From positions 1 to 23,729 of the forward strand of contig CAWIMJ010000004.1 in NCBI GenBank assembly GCA_963837175.1: DNA of 23,729 bases. The letters are read 5' to 3'. Shown piece after piece: positions 9,071 to 18,342 of this stretch. The stretch comes from an uncultured Nitrososphaeraceae archaeon. Lineage in GTDB: Archaea; Thermoproteota; Nitrososphaeria; Nitrososphaerales; Nitrososphaeraceae. Below the pieces are notes generated by a model. It searched no databases. It saw only the letters and a program-made list of their open reading frames with translations, and had not been told where the DNA came from. The number at the start of each line of letters is the position of its first letter. Within the stretch, counting starts at the first letter, position 1. The position numbers and the translations under genes are program-made.

Positions 9071-9694
9071 TTGGATGTGTCAGTAAGGAAATATTCATCA
9101 AAAACATGGATGAACGTAGGAACAAAGCTTCGTATTATGGTTGCTTACGGTCTCACAGCAGGATTTGTGTCATCTCTTGCTATAAGTGGATTATTGTTGT
9201 TAGTGGAGAAATCAATTTCTCTTCCTGTTGGAACATTTTATTTGATGCTTTCATCTGCGTTTATCCACTCACAAGACTATTCAACAGAGAACATTATTTT
9301 TGGATTCATACTGCACATAATAACAGGAAGTATTATCGGACTTGCTATGTGTATACCTTTTATTATATTTAAAGACAAGTCGCTAAAATCTCTACAAAAG
9401 TATGCAGTTGCATACGGATTAGGATTAGGCTTTGCACTTTGGTTATTTTTCTTTATTCCCATAACACTTTGGGTAATTCTCCCAATACTGGATGCCAGTC
9501 ATGATAAAACTATAATACAAGAAGTGCCAGCACAAGTGGATGTGATGTTTTCTACGGATAAATTAGCGATGTTAATCGATAGGATAATACTCGGTGCAGT
9601 AGCTTTTAACATGTTCTATGGTTTATTGGTAGCGATAATTATAAAGGCATTATTTGAAGATAGTTTAAAAGAACAAAATGATAACACAGGTTAG
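9071..9694 (+). CDS. Multi-pass membrane protein of unknown function
   Basis: About 4-5 hydrophobic Gly-rich helices, one with an intramembrane His (GFILHIITG). Divergent from 8216..8833. The start could be ATG 9110. Confidence 0.8.
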   Translation: MDVSVRKYSSKTWMNVGTKLRIMVAYGLTAGFVSSLAISGLLLLVEKSISLPVGTFYLMLSSAFIHSQDYSTENIIFGFILHIITGSIIGLAMCIPFIIFKDKSLKSLQKYAVAYGLGLGFALWLFFFIPITLWVILPILDASHDKTIIQEVPAQVDVMFSTDKLAMLIDRIILGAVAFNMFYGLLVAIIIKALFEDSLKEQNDNTG

Positions 9695-9984
9695 CATTTT
9701 TTCGGCGCTATATTCAGGTATTTTGATCATTCAATGAATTGTAGGAGTGTTTACATCTCAAATAATAACGTTATATTATGTCATACTTCTAAAGTACAAC
9801 GTTAAATTTTTCTTTCAGATGATCTATAATTTTGATGTGTCTAAAACGCTAACATCAGAAATATTGAACTCATCCCATAAATTATGAAGTTTATTAAATA
9901 AAATCTTTAATAATTTAAACTCAAATTTGAAGAAATTATGCAAAGGTTAAATTATTCTTCGTTCAAACTATAGATGAGTTTTAA

Positions 9985-11184
9985 TTGCTGGTGAATATTG
10001 TCCATATAAATTTAAATGCTCGGGGTGGGAGCGAACGTCTTGCATTAGCCACAATCGCAGCTCTTAAAGAAATTGATGATATTGATATCGACCTTACTAC
10101 GTTGCAAAAACCAGATTTAAATAAAATACAGACAACCTATGGTAAAAGAGGTCTATTGGCTCTTCGCAGTATTAAGACGCTTAATATCATACGATCTATA
10201 GAAGCTGTACGTCTAAAAAAAGAGTATGATCTAACAATTAATACACATGGGGACATGCTTCCATTTTCTCAGAAAGGATTTTCAAAAAATAATGCTATTA
10301 CCTACTGTCATTTCCCTCTTGCAAAATATCTTATCGATGTCGAAAATGAAGAATACGGCAGATTACTTTATGGACTACGCTGCTCGAATATACTTGACTA
10401 TAGAGAAAATCTTCATTCAGCAAGAAATATGTATTTCGATATGATGAGAAGTACAACTGTATTGACAAATTCAGAATATAGCCGTAAGGCCATACGGAAA
10501 ACATTTGATATAGATTCTACCGTTTTAAGCCCCCCAGTTGATGTCAATTTATTTCGTAAAAATGTTCTTTTCTCCTCTAAGAATATGGGAGAAGATAAAA
10601 TTTTAATAATATCTAGATTTCATCCAAGTAAAAAAATAGAGAATGCAATCAGACTTGCAAAATTATTAAAACAGAATGGTATTGGAAGAAGTATGAAAAT
10701 TGTCGGAAATCTTTCGCCAGCTATGCTTGGATATTATCACTATCTCAAACAGACGGTGCAGCATCATGATTTGTCAGATTATGTGAATTTTCAGGTTAAT
10801 GTGAGCTTTGACAAACTACTTTCACTCATTTGTGAGGCTAAGGTATATTTCCATCCACTACCTGGAGAACCTTTCGGAATATCTACCGTCGAAGCAATGA
10901 GTGCTGGATTGATTCCGGTGGTTCCAGCTATTGGAGGACACACAGAATTCGTACCGTTGAAGTATCAATTCCACACCTTCCATGAAGCTCTAGAATCAAT
11001 TGCAGCTGCCATGGAAGCATCATTATCCGAAAGAATAAGGATCAGCAACTCAGTAAGAAGATTTTCAATCTCTAATTATATAAGATGCTTCCAACGAATA
11101 GTAAAGGAAATCTTAATTTCTCCCAGAACCAATTATCAAAAAATAAAAAGTCTGTCGCCTATTGTCTCAGGACATATTAGATAA
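9985..11184 (+). CDS. GT4 (GT-B) glycosyltransferase, ALG11-like mannosyltransferase type
   Basis: GGSER, YCHFP, TNSEYS, PPVD, ISRFHPSK and the EPFGISTVEAMSAG E-x7-E motif. Confidence 0.9.
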   Translation: MLVNIVHINLNARGGSERLALATIAALKEIDDIDIDLTTLQKPDLNKIQTTYGKRGLLALRSIKTLNIIRSIEAVRLKKEYDLTINTHGDMLPFSQKGFSKNNAITYCHFPLAKYLIDVENEEYGRLLYGLRCSNILDYRENLHSARNMYFDMMRSTTVLTNSEYSRKAIRKTFDIDSTVLSPPVDVNLFRKNVLFSSKNMGEDKILIISRFHPSKKIENAIRLAKLLKQNGIGRSMKIVGNLSPAMLGYYHYLKQTVQHHDLSDYVNFQVNVSFDKLLSLICEAKVYFHPLPGEPFGISTVEAMSAGLIPVVPAIGGHTEFVPLKYQFHTFHEALESIAAAMEASLSERIRISNSVRRFSISNYIRCFQRIVKEILISPRTNYQKIKSLSPIVSGHIR

Positions 11185-11497
11185 TTGTCATCTGGCAGGG
11201 TATAGTAAGATAACATGATAATAGATCTATCATGAATTATTAAAGTTATTTTTTACTTTGTTCAAAAAATTAAATTAAATTCATCTATTCATTTATTGAA
11301 AAGATTAAGACGATGTTATTAATCCATTCGCAGTTTCTTTGTACTTTCACATAGTTGAATAATTTGGACTTAAAAGGCATATTTCAATTCTGGTAATTCG
11401 TAAGTACTCGAATAAATACAGAGGATATCGAAAAATATTTTGAATGTACATGTTTTGGCTTCTCAAGGTGATTGGGATTTATAATACAAATTGCTTC

Positions 11498-11641
11498 TTA
11501 TAGTATGTAATTACATAAGCATATTCGCTTATTACAACATGCACATTTATTTGGATTTTGCAGGTATTTACATTTTTTATTATGGGTTTCACAGGTTAGT
11601 ATTCTGTTAGCACTATCTACATCCTCTTTGATAATTTGCAT
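11498..11641 (-). CDS. Small Cys-rich putative metal-binding protein (47 aa), not in ORF track
   Basis: ATG 11641 to TAA 11498: MQIIKEDVDSANRILTCETHNKKCKYLQNPNKCACCNKRICLCNYIL, with 7 Cys + 1 His clustered in the C-terminal 30 residues. Confidence 0.55.
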   Translation of the reverse strand: MQIIKEDVDSANRILTCETHNKKCKYLQNPNKCACCNKRICLCNYIL

Positions 11642-11818
11642 TCAATATATTGTAACTTGTACAGGTTAATCTGATATAGAAACTAATTTACAGAAACCAG
11701 CTAAAAAAAGTCTACAAAAATTGATTATCTACATTATTTAGCCTTTAGTCATCTCTATAATACAATCTATATAATTCCAAGATACTCTATGTGCTTAGAA
11801 ATTTGAGGCCTACTGATA

Positions 11819-12700
11819 TTAATTGAACCTATCTTGCTTATTTAACTCCTTTACAAGATAATACATTCGCTGATAAGATAGTTCAAGGTTTTGTTGTTGT
11901 TCTAGAAGCGTTCTTATCTTTTGAAGATGACTCTTAATTTTGTTTTCATTTCCTTCAAGAATTAATTTCGCAAATCTGTTCGCAGTGCTGACATAATTTT
12001 GAATATACTTTCTAGATGATGGGTTGTCCAATAGAAGTGCTATTATTAAGTCGGTCTCATCTGTAAAAATACTTCTACAAAGCAACGACTGTAGTCCAAA
12101 AGTTGTTCCTGAAACTTTTTTTAGTGAATTAAAATTTTCCTTTGACAAAAAACTACCAAATATGATGTTTATAAAATGAGTTAACCCCAATACTAGTGCA
12201 ATTAATTCATCATGGTTCTTAGGGTCGGGAATGACCCTGATTAATGCGTCTTGAAAGAGATGTTTGGAGATAGATATTTCTGCCTTTTCATCCTGAACGG
12301 GAATTAACAGGATATTCATATTCTTAATGTCATCTGCACCAGGTCCAAACATCGGATGTATACATAATGGTCGAATAACATTCGAAAGTTTTTTTAATAC
12401 TTTAAAAGATTTATATTTTACAGAAGAGATTTCTGCAAGAGTTGCTCCTAATTTCATTTTTGAGGCACATAATTTGAGTGTCGTTGGAGTATTTATAACT
12501 GGAACACAAAGGAATACTATATCGGCGTTCCCGACGCAATCATCAATTTTATGACAAATTGTAGAATTATCCATACGACATTGAAAATGTGGATCGATAT
12601 CATAAAGGAGAAGATGAGTATCATTTCTTTTTGAGAAATAATTAGTAAACCAAGATCCCATTTTACCCCCTGCACCGATAATAGAAATTTCCTTTATCAT
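11819..12700 (-). CDS. tyrA: Prephenate/arogenate dehydrogenase
   Basis: IIGAGGKMG Rossmann motif, ISSVK, HPMFGP, HD..IA.VLGLTHF. Last gene of the aro cluster. Confidence 0.93.
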   Translation of the reverse strand: MIKEISIIGAGGKMGSWFTNYFSKRNDTHLLLYDIDPHFQCRMDNSTICHKIDDCVGNADIVFLCVPVINTPTTLKLCASKMKLGATLAEISSVKYKSFKVLKKLSNVIRPLCIHPMFGPGADDIKNMNILLIPVQDEKAEISISKHLFQDALIRVIPDPKNHDELIALVLGLTHFINIIFGSFLSKENFNSLKKVSGTTFGLQSLLCRSIFTDETDLIIALLLDNPSSRKYIQNYVSTANRFAKLILEGNENKIKSHLQKIRTLLEQQQNLELSYQRMYYLVKELNKQDRFN

Positions 12701-12707
12701 GATTCTT

Positions 12708-14087
12708 TCATTGTAGAGCTGAAGATAGTACTTCCAATCCCTCTTCTAGCACTTCTTCGGTTTGACACGCAGAGATTCTAATGAATCTTTTATAAGAGTC
12801 TCCAAATCCACTTCCAGGGGCGATAGCCACTCCTAGGTCAAGTAGTTTATCTATAAGAACGATATCATCATCCGTACCTTTTCCAAGTTTCGGATAAACA
12901 TACATTGCACCATCGGGAGCTACGAATGAAAGTGACATTTTTTGTAATCTATCGCAGACAAATAGTAATCTTCTCTTCATTACTTCCACATTTCCACTTG
13001 TACTCTCACCTATTGCTGACAAGGCAGAATACTGCATAGGCTCAGCAACACTTGTTAGAGCAATAGATTGAATTTTGCTCATTTTAGCAATTATGTTATT
13101 ATTAGCTATTCCATATCCAACCCGAAACCCTGTCATAGCATGACCTTTTGAAAATGATGATATTATTATGCTTTTGTCATAACCGTATTCTATAACGCTT
13201 TTGAATCCATTAAAAGAGTAATCAGAATAAACTTCGTCGCTGAGAATATAAAGACCATAATCTTTAGACAGGTCTATGATTTTGCTCATGGTATTACCAT
13301 CTAGAATCTTCCCCGTGGGATTATTAGGATAATTTAGAATTATCATTTTTGTATTGCTGTTTATCAACTCTTCAAGTCTTTTTAAATCAGGATTCCATTT
13401 TTCTTCTAACGTAGTTTTTATTATTTTTGTCTTTCCTCCTACAAAATCTACGCATTCCCTATAGGCAGGCCATGCAGGTTCTATATAAATAACTTCATCT
13501 CCGGACTTTACCAATGAAAGAATAGCGGAGAAAACAGCGAACCTTCCTCCAGGGGTAACTATAACTTGTTCATCGGTAATACCATTTCCTATCTTTTGTG
13601 CAACTGCTTGCCGCAATTTTGGAACACCTCTCGTTTCAGTATAATGATATTGTCGAAGATCATATATTCTGCCAAGAGTTTCTTTTACAATTTTAGGCGG
13701 CAAATAATCAGGTTCTCCTACTTCCAAATGAATGATATTTTTTCCTGTTGCTTGAAGCTGTTTTGCCTTCATAAAAATACTCAAATGAGTCTGCCTGTGT
13801 GGATTATCATTTTGTTGTTTATTCTGTAATCTGACTGATTCAGTTAACAAAATGTTGAGTAATCTTCCGGAGAATTCTGGGTCCATTCCCACTTCAGCTG
13901 CAATTTTTAATGCAGATTTTCTAAGGTCACTTTCAACTTTTTCGTCTTCTACATCAATGTTCTTCTTGGTTTTAATTTCTCCAATTTGCTTCGAAATGTC
14001 CATCCGTTTTTTCACTTTCTGGATTATATCTGCAGTTATATCACGAATTTCATTGCGTAATCTGTCTAGGTCATCATTTTTATTCAT
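12708..14087 (-). CDS. Chorismate mutase (AroQ) fused to class I/II PLP-dependent aminotransferase
   Basis: N-terminal LDRLRNEIRDI...R..IS..IG..K......ED..VE...ES..LQ (AroQ), then LEVGEPD, NYPNNPTG, SDEVY, SFSKGHAMTGFRVG (PLP Lys) and FIRIS. Confidence 0.92.
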   Translation of the reverse strand: MNKNDDLDRLRNEIRDITADIIQKVKKRMDISKQIGEIKTKKNIDVEDEKVESDLRKSALKIAAEVGMDPEFSGRLLNILLTESVRLQNKQQNDNPHRQTHLSIFMKAKQLQATGKNIIHLEVGEPDYLPPKIVKETLGRIYDLRQYHYTETRGVPKLRQAVAQKIGNGITDEQVIVTPGGRFAVFSAILSLVKSGDEVIYIEPAWPAYRECVDFVGGKTKIIKTTLEEKWNPDLKRLEELINSNTKMIILNYPNNPTGKILDGNTMSKIIDLSKDYGLYILSDEVYSDYSFNGFKSVIEYGYDKSIIISSFSKGHAMTGFRVGYGIANNNIIAKMSKIQSIALTSVAEPMQYSALSAIGESTSGNVEVMKRRLLFVCDRLQKMSLSFVAPDGAMYVYPKLGKGTDDDIVLIDKLLDLGVAIAPGSGFGDSYKRFIRISACQTEEVLEEGLEVLSSALQ

Positions 14088-14095
14088 TTATCATA

Positions 14096-15196
14096 TCATC
14101 TCTTTAACACGAGTGGAATGAGCCCAGCTCTTATTGCATGATCGGCTAAAACCATAGATACTGCAGATTCTACTATCGGTGGTGCTCGTGGTACAACACA
14201 TGGATCGTGCCTTCCCGGCACATTAAGCCCTATTTCTGAACCATTGGAAATATCAATTGTTTTTTGCGTTTTTGCTATTGATGCGGCAGGCTTAAATGCT
14301 ATTCTTATCACTATAGGCATACCAGTTGACAATCCACCTAAAATACCGCCGGAATTATTGGTCTTTGTGACTATTTTATCATCTATTTTGGTATATAGAT
14401 CATTATTTTCCGATCCTCGGCGTTTTGATCCATCAAAACCTGACCCGAATTCTATGGCCTTTACTGCGGGTATACTAAAAAGTGCCTTACTGATGTCAGA
14501 CTCTAGTGATCCGAATATAGGTTCGCCTAGTCCTAATGGTAATCCAGCACTAACGCATTCAATAACACCACCTAGTGAATCACCCTCTTTTCGTGCATCC
14601 ATGATTGCAGATTTCATATATTCTGCTGTTTGCAGATCGGGGCATCTTACTTCATTCGTATACCTATTTTTTTTTATCTCTTCTAACGTCATTTTTTTTG
14701 CTCTAATACCTCCAATTTCAACAGTATATGCAGTGGTTTGTATTCGTAGGCATTTTTCTAATAATTTCTGAGCAATGGCGCCCGCCATTACTAGTGTGGC
14801 TGTCAGTCTTCCTGAAAATCTTCCACTTCCACGGTAATCTGCAAATCCACCATATTTTATCAAAGCCGGATAATCTGAATGTCCTGGTCTGGGTATTGTT
14901 CTGATTAATTCGTATGGCCGTGAATCTGAATCTTCGTTCCATATAACCATACAAATTGGCGCACCTGTGGTAAACCCCTTGAAAACCCCTGAGATTATTT
15001 CGACTTTATCTTGCTCTTTTCGTTGTGTAGTAATGATCGACTGACCCGGTTTTCTGAGATCCAGCTGCAACTGAATATCTGATTCCGTAAGTGCCAATCC
15101 GGCAGGACAGCCATCCACTACCATACCAATACATTTACCTTGGCTTTCGCCAAAGCTAAGAGCGACAAAACGTTCACCGATCATATTGCCAACCAT
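14096..15196 (-). CDS. aroC: Chorismate synthase
   Basis: FGESQG, RPGHSDY, GSGRFSGRLTA, GDSLGG, N.SGGILGGLS.G, GRHDPC. Start moved to ATG 15196 (MVGNMIGERF); the longer ORF-track N-terminus is not protein-like. Confidence 0.96.
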   Translation of the reverse strand: MVGNMIGERFVALSFGESQGKCIGMVVDGCPAGLALTESDIQLQLDLRKPGQSIITTQRKEQDKVEIISGVFKGFTTGAPICMVIWNEDSDSRPYELIRTIPRPGHSDYPALIKYGGFADYRGSGRFSGRLTATLVMAGAIAQKLLEKCLRIQTTAYTVEIGGIRAKKMTLEEIKKNRYTNEVRCPDLQTAEYMKSAIMDARKEGDSLGGVIECVSAGLPLGLGEPIFGSLESDISKALFSIPAVKAIEFGSGFDGSKRRGSENNDLYTKIDDKIVTKTNNSGGILGGLSTGMPIVIRIAFKPAASIAKTQKTIDISNGSEIGLNVPGRHDPCVVPRAPPIVESAVSMVLADHAIRAGLIPLVLKR

Positions 15197-15350
15197 ACTA
15201 TCAGTACTGCAAACATTACTGTTCTTCTCTATATGGGCTTTTTGGCATAAATTCATAAATGGATCGTTTATTCCCAATTCGCGAGTACAAAACAACCAAA
15301 GTTTTATACACATGTTATAATAGTATTAAAATATAGATTAGCGAAATTTC

Positions 15351-16652
15351 TTATTCTCTTTCTGGAATAGATTCTATATGTGCGCCGAGATTTGTTAGAT
15401 CTTGAATAAAGTTGGGATAAGATACATCAACTGATTCGGCTCCTGAAACGGTAGATTTTTCAGTTAGCATTGATGCAATGGTGAATGCCATAAACAGCCT
15501 ATGATCATTGTAAGCCTCCAGTGAAGCATTCTTTATTAGTGTTGGAGGTGATATAGATATTTCGTCTCTTTGCTCTTTAACAGTCGCACCAAATTTTGTT
15601 AATTCACATGCGATATTTGATACCCTGTCCGTTTCTTTTAATCGCGCATGAGAAATTCCCATTATTCTAACGGGTTTCTTAGATTTTAATGCTAATATAG
15701 ATACTACTGGCAACAAATCAGGACTGTGTGTCAGATCAAAACTGCCTCCGCTAAGGTTGCTGGCTCCCTGAGTGATTACCTCGTCTTTGTTTCTGTCGAC
15801 TTTAATTTTGCCTCCCATGGCTTTAACAATATCAATTATATAAGAATCTGCTTGAGGAAAAAAGAAATTGATACCTTTTATAGTAAGACGACCACCAGCA
15901 AGGACTCCTGCTGCTATTAACAACGCTGCTGTAGATAAGTCAGCGGGTATATCAAAAATCGTTTGTTTATATTCATTATTTTTTATGAGGTACTCAGAGT
16001 ATTTGCTTTTCTGGTCTATTACAACACCAAATGCTTTCATTATTGCTAATGTTGCGTCAATATAGGGGGCAGACACTTGTGCTCCTTTAATTTTTAAAAT
16101 AACGGCTTTATCTGCACATATAGATGATATTAAGAGTGCAGAGATAAATTGGCTTGAAACCGTCCCGTCAACTACCGTCGTCCCTCCTTTTATACCTCCT
16201 CCTCTAACGATAAGAGGAGGAATACCCTTCATTCTGCTAGAGTAACATTCAACACCCAATTGTTGTAAAGCGTCCAACAGAGGTTGCATCGGTCTTTTTC
16301 TCAAACTTTCATCACCTGTCAGAACCGTGAAGCCTTTATCGACCAATGCAGACATCACTGTTAGAAGTCGTATAGTAGTCCCAGAGTTCTCGGCGTTGAT
16401 AATACTTTCAGGAGCATCAAATTTTCTCTTTCCTGCTATCCATAAAGTACCATTCTTATGGATAATATTTGCACCCAGTGATCTACAGGCATTAAGAGTT
16501 GCAAGGGTGTCTCTGGCAAGAAGTATATTTGTAATAATAGACTGTCTTTCGGTAAGTGAACCAATAGCGATAGCTCTATGAGTATAGCTTTTGCTTGAAG
16601 GACATCTGATCACGCCATCAATTTGGGATCTCTTTACTTGGACATTAGCCAA
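15351..16652 (-). CDS. aroA: 3-phosphoshikimate 1-carboxyvinyltransferase (EPSP synthase)
   Basis: PSSKSYTHRA, ENSGTTIR, RPMQPL, SSQFISALL, RLKETDR, DHRLFMA. Confidence 0.97.
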   Translation of the reverse strand: MANVQVKRSQIDGVIRCPSSKSYTHRAIAIGSLTERQSIITNILLARDTLATLNACRSLGANIIHKNGTLWIAGKRKFDAPESIINAENSGTTIRLLTVMSALVDKGFTVLTGDESLRKRPMQPLLDALQQLGVECYSSRMKGIPPLIVRGGGIKGGTTVVDGTVSSQFISALLISSICADKAVILKIKGAQVSAPYIDATLAIMKAFGVVIDQKSKYSEYLIKNNEYKQTIFDIPADLSTAALLIAAGVLAGGRLTIKGINFFFPQADSYIIDIVKAMGGKIKVDRNKDEVITQGASNLSGGSFDLTHSPDLLPVVSILALKSKKPVRIMGISHARLKETDRVSNIACELTKFGATVKEQRDEISISPPTLIKNASLEAYNDHRLFMAFTIASMLTEKSTVSGAESVDVSYPNFIQDLTNLGAHIESIPERE

Positions 16653-17499
16653 CTGATTTTTCTACACTTGCCTTTTCATTATTGACAGGAGAAACCAATA
16701 TACTCCCTTTGTACTTGGAAAAAGCGGATTTAACGCTTTCTATGCTGTCCTTACAGCATATTGCAGATATAGAAGGTCCATTTCCAGAAATACTCGCTGA
16801 TAACGCGCCTCCTTCCATTGCAGAAAGAATTGGTTCATAATTGGTGCTAAATGCAACAGAAGTAAGGACTCCGTTCATCTTCATGGCTTTCCAATAATCC
16901 CCTTTTTCTGCTATTTTATAAGCATCCAGAAAAAGATCTGATAGTAGTCTCAACTTATCGATGTTCGCTCTTTTAGTATCATAAGGAAGAAAAATTATTA
17001 CATATAGATCATCCTGAACTCTTTCTCTGCGAATTAATTTACATAGATAATTATCGGTAATAACAAATCCGCCAAAATAACATGCGGTCGCATCATCATA
17101 AGCTCCTGTAATCGTTACATTAGCGTCTTTTGATGCTCTTACAGCTGACTCCAACACTAAGTGATCATCTGTCTCATTTTTAGCAATCTTACTACATGCA
17201 AGCGCTACAGCATTAGAAACTGCACTTGAGCTTTTCAATCCCCATCCTGCGGGGATATTTGAGCATATCTTTACAGATATCGAATTATTGTCAATTATGT
17301 TTTTTGGAATAGTATAGTAAATGATATTGTTTATCAAGTTGTCTGCTTTGTTAAAGGGAAATTTTATGCCTTGGCCATCACTTATTCTTACTTCAGCTGT
17401 AACTTTTAAGGATATTCCTAATGCAGATCCGTTACCGGTCGCAATTGCATTAACTATAGATATTGCCCCATGCATAGTGGCTCTGGCCATGACCTTCAT
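16645..17499 (-). CDS. aroK: Archaeal shikimate kinase (GHMP family)
   Basis: GAISIVNAIATG, IPAGWGLKSSSA (GHMP motif), ITGAYDDA, SGNGPS. Start ATG 17499 overlaps the aroE stop (ATGA). Confidence 0.93.
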   Translation of the reverse strand: MKVMARATMHGAISIVNAIATGNGSALGISLKVTAEVRISDGQGIKFPFNKADNLINNIIYYTIPKNIIDNNSISVKICSNIPAGWGLKSSSAVSNAVALACSKIAKNETDDHLVLESAVRASKDANVTITGAYDDATACYFGGFVITDNYLCKLIRRERVQDDLYVIIFLPYDTKRANIDKLRLLSDLFLDAYKIAEKGDYWKAMKMNGVLTSVAFSTNYEPILSAMEGGALSASISGNGPSISAICCKDSIESVKSAFSKYKGSILVSPVNNEKASVEKSVG

Positions 17500-18342
17500 A
17501 CAGGTTCTTTGAAAGCTCCAAACAAAGACCTCTTCATTTCTTCTCGTGGAGCCTGAAGATCCGTCCATATTTCGAAAGCTCTTGCACCCTGCTCCAGCAG
17601 CATTTCATACCCGTAAACAACGTCTGCGCCCGCATATCTTGCATTTTGGAGTAAATTAGTGATGACTGGTTTATAGACAATATCGTAAACAATAGCATTC
17701 TTGCTTATATGTTCATAACCTATTACACTTTGTTCTTCGTCCATCCCAATAGAAGTTGTATTTACAATTAGGTTCGATTCGACTGCAACTTCTTTGATAT
17801 TATCTATTTCTGTAACTTGACACTCCAATCCAAGGTCTCTACCTTTTTTTGCTAATTGGCAGGCTTTTTCCTGTGTTCTATTAAGCAATCGTTATCTTGT
17901 TAATTCCTTTCGTCTCAGAAAATGCAGCAATTACTGCACGTGCACTGCCACCTGCTCCTAATAAAAGAATATTCATCCCATTAAAATTTACATTCCTTTT
18001 TCGCAAGGGTTCTATAAACCCAAAGATATCAGTGTTGTAGCCTTTTAAAATTCCATCCACATTATGTACGGTATTTACGGCAGTAGCCTTTTCAGCACTC
18101 GAATCGAGATAATTCATAAATCTCAATATGTCGACCTTATGGGGGATCGTGACATTGAAACCTGCTACACCTATTGCACGTAATGCATTAATTGATTCTT
18201 CCAATTCTCCCTTTGGAACTCTAAAAGCAATATAAGTACAATTTAGTTGCAATGAGTTAAAGGCGGCATTCTGCATAGCCGGAGATAATGAATGATGAAC
18301 AGGATCTCCAATAATTGTATATGTCTTAACTTGGCTTTGCAT
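17496..18342 (-). pseudogene. aroE: Shikimate dehydrogenase split by a 1-nt frameshift (possible sequencing error)
   Basis: N-half has HSLSPAMQN, NVTIPHK, AVNT, NTD, GAGGSARA. C-half has NRT, NTTSIGM, YDIVY, GYEMLLEQG. Minus strand reads ATT GCT T AAT AGA ACA; removing one T at 17883/17884 restores a 281-aa protein. Confidence 0.93.

Noticed and set aside
9028-9372. 114-aa alternative-frame ORF overlapping the membrane protein
   Set aside because: Out-of-frame shadow of 9071..9694.
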